This document shows positions 57,649 to 64,000 of a stretch of DNA of 64,000 nt, piece by piece (position 1 is the stretch's first letter; every line of letters starts with the position of its first letter). Under the pieces are notes generated by a model. That model saw nothing but the letters and a program-made list of their open reading frames with translations. It had not been told where the DNA came from and made no database searches. Source of the DNA: a virus; the IMG/VR virus record IMGVR_UViG_3300042691_029560, positions 1-64,000 of that record. One strand, 5' to 3'. The position numbers were made by a program, and so were the translations under genes.

Positions 57649-57834
57649 CTAATCTCTATGCCTACGCCTAATAAATCTAGGCAATTCACTAATAGCAAGA
57701 ACCAAAGCACCAAAGATTAGCAATAGACCGAGAGATAGTCCAACAAACATAGAGTTTGTATGACCGAGATGCTCACCAAAGTAAAATCCCATAATCACCG
57801 AACTACAACCGAGAGCCATTAGTAAAAACTTCAT
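57649..57834 (-). CDS. Small membrane protein (2 TM)
   Basis: 61 aa, hydrophobic, AGGAG RBS. Confidence 0.7.
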   Translation of the reverse strand: MKFLLMALGCSSVIMGFYFGEHLGHTNSMFVGLSLGLLLIFGALVLAISELPRFIRRRHRD

Positions 57835-58040
57835 TAGTCATTTCTCCTTAGAGCATCAAACGCAAACAACAAAGTAAATCCTACACCGAGAACCATACCG
57901 AACCCAAAGTAATCGGCAAAGGTGTTTCCATTAGAACCAGCACCATAAGCGATTAGCATTACGCAACCAACCGAATAGACAAGTCCAACAAACGGAACAA
58001 TAACAATACCAGCAAGTAATCTACGAACAAAGAACTTCAT
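57834..58040 (-). CDS. Small membrane protein (2 TM)
   Basis: Start moved to MKFFVRR after the GAAAGGAG RBS. Confidence 0.7.
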   Translation of the reverse strand: MKFFVRRLLAGIVIVPFVGLVYSVGCVMLIAYGAGSNGNTFADYFGFGMVLGVGFTLLFAFDALRRND

Positions 58041-58102
58041 TTGTAATCTCCTTTCCTGAGATACTAAAAGTCTATACCACAATAAAGCAAACACACAAGT
58101 AT

Positions 58103-58240
58103 TTATTTAGACCACTTTTTAGGGCAGTCCATATGGAAATAGGTAATAAGAGCCTGAGTTGGATCGGTAGTAGTAGCACCACACCACATACAAGACCAGC
58201 TCTCTTTTTTAGACTTCTTAGGGGACTTACGATCTGCCAT
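58103..58240 (-). CDS. Small Zn-finger-like protein
   Basis: AAAGGAG RBS before MADRK; CMWC...H..C. Confidence 0.6.
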   Translation of the reverse strand: MADRKSPKKSKKESWSCMWCGATTTDPTQALITYFHMDCPKKWSK

Positions 58241-58251
58241 TAGTTTCTCCT

Positions 58252-58356
58252 TTACTTTTTGGCGTTTAGGTTGTGAGCAATCCAAGATAACTTATGAGCA
58301 ACGCTTACAAGCGTGCCACTAATACTTAGCAAGCGTTTAGCGATTTTCTTTTTCAT
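58252..58356 (-). CDS. 34-aa basic peptide, not in the ORF track
   Basis: AAGGAG RBS; MKKKIAKRLLSISGTLVSVAHKLSWIAHNLNAKK. Confidence 0.5.
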   Translation of the reverse strand: MKKKIAKRLLSISGTLVSVAHKLSWIAHNLNAKK

Positions 58357-58442
58357 TAGAACTCCTTGTGTTGTAAGTCTAGTGGATTAGGTGAGCAGTT
58401 TAGAACACTTGCTCAGGTGTTATCTCTTTCTATGAGATTGGC

Positions 58443-58673
58443 TTATGATAACTTTTCACCGAGAGCAGTTAGCAACTCGTAAGGTGAAACACGCAACTCT
58501 CGGCAAAGGGTAGCAAGCGTGTTTGACGGGATGTGTCGCTGATTGTGAAAGTATCGGCTAAGGCTAGACTTCTGTAAGCCCGTAGCGATTGCGAATTGGT
58601 TTAGGGATTGGTAGCCCTGACTTTCATACTGAGCAACGAACCACGCCCAAGTATCTACTTTTTTCTTTCCCAT
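58443..58673 (-). CDS. XRE/Cro-family HTH protein
   Basis: SLNQFAIATGLQKSSLSRYF...P...LATLCREL.VSPYELL. Confidence 0.85.
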   Translation of the reverse strand: MGKKKVDTWAWFVAQYESQGYQSLNQFAIATGLQKSSLSRYFHNQRHIPSNTLATLCRELRVSPYELLTALGEKLS

Positions 58674-58705
58674 TTTGTTTCTCCTTTTCTAATCGGGAAT
58701 AACTC

Positions 58706-58735
58706 AATCTAACCACAACTCAAACTTATTCGCAA
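58706..58735 (-). promoter_or_regulatory. Sigma70/SigA-type early promoter
   Basis: TTGCGA-N18-TAGATT upstream of an AAAAGGAG RBS. Confidence 0.6.
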
Positions 58736-58804
58736 GTTTATTTGTATCCGTGTTTGGATCGGTTTCCAGAGATCTCCAAGCTTCGGCCGGCCATAGCCTA
58801 GACA

Positions 58805-59329
58805 CTACCAACTCGGGTTAGTAGTGTCTAGGGCTAGCAACCACTCAACAAAGTTAGGGTTGAACAGAACTAACTCGTGTCGCTTCTCACGCATTAGGTC
58901 AATCGCTTCTTGGACTTGGTATCCGTCAAGCATTAGAACTATCGCCATAAGTAAGCCAGACCTATTTAGACCTGCTTGGCAACGGACTAGCACCTTTTCC
59001 CCAGACTTCCAATCAGTAAAGATGTTGTAAGCGATACGCATAAATGCTTTTTCATCAAAGTCAGTATCAGCACTATCAAAGTATCCGTATCTAAACTCTT
59101 TTACTAACCAATCAACAGGGTTAGCGTGAGCATAGAAAGTATAAACGCTATCAAAGTTTCGCTTCTTGATAGAGATTAGGGGTCTATCAAACTCGCAATG
59201 CTTATCACCAACTCGGTCATCATCATCAGTTCCACCTAGCCAAAGGTTAGGCAGTATCTCACTCCAAAGTTCAGGCTTGGTGAACTTCTTAGTTTTTGCT
59301 TCGTCATAAGATTTTTCGTAGTTATTCAT
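58805..59329 (-). CDS. Dual-specificity / protein tyrosine phosphatase
   Basis: EILPNLWLGG and catalytic loop VLVRCQAGLNRSG (CX5R). Confidence 0.9.
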   Translation of the reverse strand: MNNYEKSYDEAKTKKFTKPELWSEILPNLWLGGTDDDDRVGDKHCEFDRPLISIKKRNFDSVYTFYAHANPVDWLVKEFRYGYFDSADTDFDEKAFMRIAYNIFTDWKSGEKVLVRCQAGLNRSGLLMAIVLMLDGYQVQEAIDLMREKRHELVLFNPNFVEWLLALDTTNPSW

Positions 59330-59403
59330 TTTGTCCTTTCACTAACTACAACCTAAATACTATTTGATTTATTCCCGAGATTAGAAATAATTTTGGATCG
59401 TGT

Positions 59404-59571
59404 TTAGTCAAACTCCCGAATAGATTTTGACTTGTTAGCCAAGCGTGTTCTTGCTCGCTTGCTTCGCTTATCAGCGTGAACGCCACTAGCGTTAGAGCGT
59501 GAACGCTCACGCAACATAATCTCCAACGCCAAAGCTTCGGCATTACGCCTTGCCTTATTAGCCTTGTTCAT
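59404..59571 (-). CDS. Small very basic protein (55 aa), not in the ORF track
   Basis: GAAAGGAA RBS; MNKANKARRNAEALALEIMLRERSRSNASGVHADKRSKRARTRLANKSKSIREFD. Confidence 0.75.
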   Translation of the reverse strand: MNKANKARRNAEALALEIMLRERSRSNASGVHADKRSKRARTRLANKSKSIREFD

Positions 59572-59696
59572 TTTCATTCCTTTCCCGAATGGCAGACACT
59601 CTAATCCTATCAGTTAGGGCAGACATAGCAAGTGGCGTGTCGCGGCCACAGATCAACCGGCAGAGATCTCTACCGGATCTCCCGGCCGGTAGAGAT

Positions 59697-59729
59697 AATC
59701 CCCCTGGCGAATGATCCAGGGGGATTTTC
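59697..59729. terminator. Intrinsic terminator-like hairpin
   Basis: AATCCCCCTGG-cgaatgat-CCAGGGGGATT after the 59745 stop. Confidence 0.7.
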
Positions 59730-59744
59730 TAAGTCGGTGGCAGA

Positions 59745-59957
59745 TTAGATGTAATCGCTAAACGCTAGCAAAGGGTCAAAGGGTTCTGGCTTTTTCTTTA
59801 CTCGCATTTTCTCAACATAATCGCTGTCTTTCCATTGCTCGGCTCCACAAGACGGACAAAGTAGTTCACCCGTTCTAGTTAGCGATTGCTCCCCGTAGAA
59901 GTGTCCACAAGCAACACAATCAAAGATGTAGATGTAGTGTTTTCTAAACCCGAACAT
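59745..59957 (-). CDS. Zn-ribbon protein
   Basis: CVACG...CPSCG; GAAAGGAA RBS. Confidence 0.8.
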   Translation of the reverse strand: MFGFRKHYIYIFDCVACGHFYGEQSLTRTGELLCPSCGAEQWKDSDYVEKMRVKKKPEPFDPLLAFSDYI

Positions 59958-59969
59958 TAGTTTCCTTTC

Positions 59970-60125
59970 CTAGTAGTTTTCGTTTAGGTATTCCATAAGT
60001 TCAGTATAACTCTTTCCAAGAGAAATCAAACTAATAAGTTGCTCATCCATAGCAAGTAAGTTTATGTCTATCAAGCTCTCACCCGAAAGCATAAGTAAGA
60101 TTTTACCTACTGCTCCAATTCCCAT
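59970..60125 (-). CDS. Hypothetical protein (51 aa), not in the ORF track
   Basis: GAAAGGAA RBS; MGIGAVGKILLMLSGESLIDINLL...EYLNENY. Confidence 0.7.
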   Translation of the reverse strand: MGIGAVGKILLMLSGESLIDINLLAMDEQLISLISLGKSYTELMEYLNENY

Positions 60126-60283
60126 TTCAGTTCCTTTCCAGAGAATTCCAGCAATTCGTTTTTCTGCTCATCGGTGAGCATAGCAAACGCCATACCAGCA
60201 AGATACGCATAAGCGTTATCCTCTTTATCAGTTTTACCTGTCCTGATTAGGTTGTCGATAATTTGTTTTGCTAAAGTATCCAT
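60107..60283 (-). CDS. Hypothetical protein (58 aa), not in the ORF track
   Basis: GAAAGGAA RBS; MDTLAKQIIDNL...AYAYLAGMAFAMLTDEQK. Confidence 0.7.
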   Translation of the reverse strand: MDTLAKQIIDNLIRTGKTDKEDNAYAYLAGMAFAMLTDEQKNELLEFSGKELKWELEQ

Positions 60284-60295
60284 TTGGTTCCTTTC

Positions 60296-60487
60296 TTATT
60301 CGTTGTCTAGTTTATCAGGTTCATCGTAGTTATCGTGCCAGATTTCATCTGGTATCGCCCAAATAGTTTCTAACTCCATAAGTCGCTGGTTCAGCACTCT
60401 TAGGGTTTTGTTTTTTGGTTTTTCTAGCCAAGTTGGATCGTTTGTTATGTCGCTGATTACTGCCTTGTAAGCGTCTGCTAGTTCCAA
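60296..60487 (-). CDS. Hypothetical early protein
   Basis: GAAAGGAA RBS, TTG start. Confidence 0.7.
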   Translation of the reverse strand: MELADAYKAVISDITNDPTWLEKPKNKTLRVLNQRLMELETIWAIPDEIWHDNYDEPDKLDNE

Positions 60488-60564
60488 GGTTGTTTCCTTT
60501 CATCCGTGTATCTAAACATTACCACATTTGATTATTTTACAAAGTTTAGATCGATCGGTGTTGA

Positions 60565-60753
60565 TTATTTTTTTCTTTTCTTTTTATCGCCAATTGCGAC
60601 AATAATATCAACTTCGTAGAAGCGTTCTACAACTTCTCTTGCTGTTTCCCAAGTAGATAGTTCGATGTAAGTTCCATTGTGCATTTCCACAAGTTCATCA
60701 GCAAGGCGTTCTAGTAGTTCATCGCTACTTAGGTGTTTTACATACTTAGCCAT
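60565..60753 (-). CDS. Hypothetical early protein
   Basis: GAAAGGAA RBS; promoter-like TTGCCT-N18-TAAACT upstream. Confidence 0.75.
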   Translation of the reverse strand: MAKYVKHLSSDELLERLADELVEMHNGTYIELSTWETAREVVERFYEVDIIVAIGDKKKRKK

Positions 60754-60855
60754 TAGTTAGTTTCCTTTCGGGATTAGGGGTTTCAGTTTATAGCAAACTT
60801 GCGACATTAGGCAAGATTTATTCCGGCAAGTCTGGATCAAATTTGTAAAGCTTCT

Positions 60856-61026
60856 TTACTCCGGATTAGTCTGCTTCTTTAGAACTCTAACTCTCCGGCT
60901 AAGTCTAAGGTTAGGTTGGAATGGAATTAGTCCGGCGGCCATCGCCAGGTACACAAGTTCGTAAAGCTTCCGTGTCTGGAACTTGTCTAGTTCAGCGATC
61001 TGTTCAGGCGTTAGTTTAGTTCTCAC
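60856..61026 (-). CDS. Hypothetical protein (56 aa), not in the ORF track
   Basis: GTGA coupling with the upstream gene; MRTKLTPEQIAELDKFQTRKLYELVYLAMAAG... Confidence 0.55.
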   Translation of the reverse strand: MRTKLTPEQIAELDKFQTRKLYELVYLAMAAGLIPFQPNLRLSRRVRVLKKQTNPE

Positions 61027-61187
61027 TCTTGCTCACTCTCGTCAATAGGAAACGCTTGTCTAAACGCTTCATCTACTTCGGGGTCAAAGAGCCACTCCAA
61101 GAAACCCCTAACACCACTCTCGGTGTTCAGGTCAAACTTAGGGTTCAGTAGTGGGTTCTGGTCTGGGTCTGGGATTTGATTAGTCAT
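61023..61187 (-). CDS. Small acidic protein (54 aa), not in the ORF track
   Basis: GAAAGGAAG RBS; MTNQIPDPDQNPLLNPKFDLNTESGVRGFLEWLFDPEVDEAFRQAFPIDESEQE. Confidence 0.7.
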   Translation of the reverse strand: MTNQIPDPDQNPLLNPKFDLNTESGVRGFLEWLFDPEVDEAFRQAFPIDESEQE

Positions 61188-61220
61188 TTACTTCCTTTCA
61201 GTAAATAGAACCAAGTTTAT

Positions 61221-61418
61221 TTAGGATTTATTCCCGATTTGGATTTTATTTTTCAGTTGTCGCAACCTAATCCGTGTTGTCCCGTGGGTCTTACACCACT
61301 TCGGGTGCTTACACGGAACTAAGACAAGTCGCCTTTCGCCGAATGGGTCTTTATCTTTCAGTAGTCCAAGGGCAAACAATTCGGCTTTCTCGGCATCGCC
61401 TTTTTTCTCAACAAACAT
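61221..61418 (-). CDS. Hypothetical protein with C.HP.WC..HG motif
   Basis: Start moved to MFVEKK after the GAAAGGAAAG RBS. Confidence 0.65.
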   Translation of the reverse strand: MFVEKKGDAEKAELFALGLLKDKDPFGERRLVLVPCKHPKWCKTHGTTRIRLRQLKNKIQIGNKS

Positions 61419-61693
61419 AACTTTCCTTTCCAATAAAGATAACTCTATCAACCTTGGATTTATTCCCAAGTATTTCAATAAGTTTTGATCGGCCGGCCGG
61501 TGAGCTTAGCCACGCAGATACGGAAACACCCCCAACCAGAAAAATAGAGAAAACTAGTTAGGGGTGTTCCTTTATAGGAAAGGAAACTACTGACTTGGTG
61601 AAACATGAAAAACCAAGTCGGGCAAGTGAGATACTCTCGAACTTGCTTATTGCTAGGTTAGCAAATAAATAACAAAATAGCAACACCAAAAGC

Positions 61694-61724
61694 AAAAAAC
61701 CGTAGCAATTTAGCTACGGTTTTT
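61694..61724. terminator. Bidirectional intrinsic terminator
   Basis: AAAAAACCGTAGC-aattta-GCTACGGTTTTT after the NlpC/P60 stop. Confidence 0.8.
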
Positions 61725-61737
61725 CGCTGATTTGGAT

Positions 61738-62295
61738 CTATCCAGCAAACGCAGGTTTTTTGTTTGATACCTGATCAATGACCCTTACAAACCGGATCTG
61801 ACTATTTTTGTAGTCAGATAGTGGCTGTATGATCGTCGATCTTGCTCCGTAATGAGCGTTTATGATCTTTCCATTACCAATATAGATTGCTGAGTGGTAG
61901 AAGCTATGACTGCCCTTGTAGGCAAACACAACCACATCTCCAGCTCGGGGGTTGGACACACGCTTACCAATATGCGCTTGCTTATCGGCAGAATGAGGGA
62001 TTTCTAGGCCGAACCTTTGGTAGGTCCAGCGAACTAATCCTGAGCAGTCCCAACCCCTTGGAGAAGATCCGGAGAACACATAGGGTGTTACTCCAACCTT
62101 AGTCCGTAAGTATTTGATGACTTGCTTCATCCGGACAGTATTGCGATGAAGCTTCAACGGATCGTCAGAATACTTATTCGCAACACTATTTTTCTGATCC
62201 GAAACAACCATAGGTCTATGATCGTATCCGGACGCAGCTGATGAACATCCAACTAGCATTAGGAGCACACTAGTTATTGTGATGAACCTCTTCAT
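61738..62295 (-). CDS. NlpC/P60 cell-wall peptidase, predicted lipoprotein
   Basis: PYVFSGS...GWDCSGLV...H.AIYIGNG.IINA catalytic pattern; signal peptide with lipobox LVGC. Confidence 0.9.
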   Translation of the reverse strand: MKRFITITSVLLMLVGCSSAASGYDHRPMVVSDQKNSVANKYSDDPLKLHRNTVRMKQVIKYLRTKVGVTPYVFSGSSPRGWDCSGLVRWTYQRFGLEIPHSADKQAHIGKRVSNPRAGDVVVFAYKGSHSFYHSAIYIGNGKIINAHYGARSTIIQPLSDYKNSQIRFVRVIDQVSNKKPAFAG

Positions 62296-62440
62296 TTGGC
62301 GACCACCTTTCCTTGCGTTAGTACAGGTCGTTTATTGTCGGGTCTCCCGTCACATTGATCCGAAAACCAATGTGTCTAAATTATAAGGGCCAATTAGATC
62401 TACAAACAACATTTTTGATCAATTTTTCCGAAAAAATAGC

Positions 62441-62468
62441 AAAAACCCCTGGAAAACCAGGGGTTCTT
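62441..62468 (-). terminator. Intrinsic terminator
   Basis: AACCCCTGG-tttt-CCAGGGGTT-TTT on the minus strand. Confidence 0.8.
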
Positions 62469-62485
62469 ACATTGACCGGAGATTT

Positions 62486-62698
62486 CTACTCTGCCGGTGT
62501 GTTCTCGGCGATTTGCTCCTTGAGCCAAGCTAACGCAGCCTGCCGGCCCTTTACTCCGCGACCGAAAGTCTTGTAAGCGTCAATGTTGAGCAACCGGCCC
62601 AATGACTTCATAGCCGGTTCGCCAAAAGTCATCTTTCCGTCTGTGCTGATTTCAAACTCCAAGTTGATAACTAGGATTTCTGCCTGTAGTGAGTTCAT
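62486..62698 (-). CDS. Hypothetical early protein
   Basis: GAAAGGAA RBS. Confidence 0.75.
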   Translation of the reverse strand: MNSLQAEILVINLEFEISTDGKMTFGEPAMKSLGRLLNIDAYKTFGRGVKGRQAALAWLKEQIAENTPAE

Positions 62699-62806
62699 TT
62701 GATTTCCTTTCGCCTAACTACATAAAAAGCCTACACCAAAAACTAAAAAACACAAACATAAAAACATAAATAGATCTGTTTCTATGTTTGTGTCGTTTAG
62801 TGTTTG

Positions 62807-63022
62807 TTAGATACTCCACGCACCAAAGTCGGTATCGGCAGCGATACGCCTAGCGTTCATCCACGCACTTTCTCCATAAAAGTATGTGACTTTCTTGGTG
62901 ACTTTGTTTCTAACTTTCCAATAGTCTTGCTCGAATACCGCAGTTCCATAACTAACTTCCACTAGGTCGCTGTTATAAGCAACTGTCCATTCTTTCACTA
63001 GACTTACGCTTGGCTTAGCCAT
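62807..63022 (-). CDS. Hypothetical early protein
   Basis: GAAAGGAA RBS; K.TYFYGESAW..A.R motif. Confidence 0.75.
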   Translation of the reverse strand: MAKPSVSLVKEWTVAYNSDLVEVSYGTAVFEQDYWKVRNKVTKKVTYFYGESAWMNARRIAADTDFGAWSI

Positions 63023-63154
63023 TTAGTTTCCTTTCGGTTGATTATCGATAATCTGTGTAAATAGTTTATTGACTACCCTGTCCATATGGCAAGGGTCGCA
63101 TAGAAAAGATTCGCTCGGTAAAAGCTCCGTTCGGCAGTCTAAACAGGTTCGCAC
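63023..63154 (-). CDS. Small Zn-finger protein (43 aa), not in the ORF track
   Basis: MRTCLDCRTELLPSESFLCDPCHMDR...; fills the gap exactly. Confidence 0.6.
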   Translation of the reverse strand: MRTCLDCRTELLPSESFLCDPCHMDRVVNKLFTQIIDNQPKGN

Positions 63155-63339
63155 TATTTCAGCGCCTTTCTAGTCTTTCTTAGCGATACCAATTCCTTTA
63201 CATCGCTAATGCCGATATTGTCTAAGGCAGATACAACTTTGTAAGCAATTTCTAATGACTTGTGTTCGGTTGAGATAGGGGCTAATACTTTGGTCGCAAC
63301 TTTGGCAACAATCTTGGCAGTAATAATTTCGGCTAGCAT
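63154..63339 (-). CDS. Hypothetical early protein
   Basis: GAAAGGAA RBS and promoter. Confidence 0.7.
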   Translation of the reverse strand: MLAEIITAKIVAKVATKVLAPISTEHKSLEIAYKVVSALDNIGISDVKELVSLRKTRKALK

Positions 63340-63361
63340 TTATTTCCTTTCGTAGAATTAC

Positions 63362-63391
63362 AGACTACATTACACCTAAGACATTTCGCAA
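63362..63391 (-). promoter_or_regulatory. Sigma70/SigA-type early promoter
   Basis: TTGCGA-AATGTCTTAGGTGTAATG-TAGTCT. Confidence 0.7.
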
Positions 63392-63459
63392 CATTTCACC
63401 AAACTAAATTGGATCGTGTTGTAGAGATCTCTAAGCTTGGTGAGCAGATAGGCTACGGC

Positions 63460-63804
63460 CTATCTGTCGAAAACAGTATCTAAAAACTCTTGCTTTGTAT
63501 AGACAACTTCTCGATAGACAACATTTCCGTCGTCAGCAGAAATAATAATTGCTTCATTGTCGTCAGCGAAAAATCGGTTCTCTCCCACGCTAATACCGAA
63601 ACTTAGGTTTCCGTCATAGTTAGCCCGTGTAGAAAACTCATAGAAAAGTTGAGCAGTTAGATAAGCAGGGTCGCCAATTCTATCTGTTCTCGATAAAACA
63701 TCTACTACGGCAAGCACATTATCTGTTCCTGACCAGTGGCCGTAAAGGTGGATAGGTTCGATAAAGTCTTTGCTTGTTACAATAATTCTTGACCTGTCGC
63801 CCAT
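63460..63804 (-). CDS. Hypothetical early protein (MGDR...LY.HW.G type)
   Basis: 114 aa; GAAAGGAA RBS. Confidence 0.8.
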   Translation of the reverse strand: MGDRSRIIVTSKDFIEPIHLYGHWSGTDNVLAVVDVLSRTDRIGDPAYLTAQLFYEFSTRANYDGNLSFGISVGENRFFADDNEAIIISADDGNVVYREVVYTKQEFLDTVFDR

Positions 63805-63833
63805 TTGGATTTCCTTTCATTCGGGACACTAAA

Positions 63834-63862
63834 AGACTACACCTAACCTAAGACATTCGCAA
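63834..63862 (-). promoter_or_regulatory. Sigma70/SigA-type early promoter
   Basis: TTGCGA-ATGTCTTAGGTTAGGTG-TAGTCT (17-bp spacer); near-copy of the 63362 promoter. Confidence 0.7.
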
Positions 63863-63899
63863 GCGTGTCGCAAGCCGGCCGGAGCTGGATCAAAAAGTT

Positions 63900-63931
63900 G
63901 TCCCCCGTTAGGCGCTAACATAACGGGGGAC
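63900..63931. terminator. Terminator-like hairpin
   Basis: GTCCCCCGTTA-N10-TAACGGGGGAC. Confidence 0.65.
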
Positions 63932-64000
63932 TAATTTGGTCGTACACCTAAGCAGTTGTTGTGAACATTATTAAGTTATTTATACTTAGATGTTTGTCGC

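Noticed and set aside
59346-59543. Listed 65-aa ORF
   Set aside because: The overlapping frame 59404..59571 has the strong RBS and promoter.
60905-60920. Third iron box (TAAGGTTAGGTT)
   Set aside because: Only a half-site, with no palindromic partner, inside a probable ORF.
52450-64000. tRNA or rRNA genes
   Set aside because: No cloverleaf with a GTTCRA T-loop seen in the intergenic regions by eye; tRNAscan was not run.

Overview
A 64 kb segment of a large tailed dsDNA phage with siphovirus-type organisation. Its host is most likely an actinobacterium, inferred from actinophage-like head genes and two perfect DtxR/IdeR boxes. Essentially all genes are on the minus strand. In transcription order (right to left): (1) many small early-type gene cassettes with sigma70-like promoters, including NlpC/P60, a phosphatase, an HTH protein, a peptidoglycan-binding protein and small membrane proteins; (2) terminase large subunit; (3) a ~1.1 kb non-coding control region; (4) the head module: portal, a Dps fusion, a 3341-aa protein and a ~1770-codon ORF, capsid maturation protease, major capsid protein; (5) the tail module: major tail protein, adaptors, assembly chaperones, tape measure, Dit, Tal-like protein, 3136-aa fibre. 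Four features stand out. (a) A -1 frameshift signal (CCCAAAA, 6 nt, hairpin) would fuse the two giant head-module ORFs into a ~5113-aa protein. (b) That protein is divided by ~25 copies of a G-[FY]-x-Q-x-P-G linker into duplicated acidic modules plus ParB/Srx, ADP-ribosyltransferase and two ArdC/zincin domains, suggesting a cleavable polyprotein of injected effectors. (c) Two perfect 19-bp IdeR/DtxR iron boxes lie upstream of the operon carrying the Dps gene. (d) 4-bp palindromes are strongly patterned: an AGCT satellite, GATC/CCGG/GGCC-packed spacers and genes, nearly palindrome-free early genes, and an ACGT-rich zone ending abruptly at ~52.6 kb. All motif counts are by eye and family assignments come from motif recognition, not database searches.
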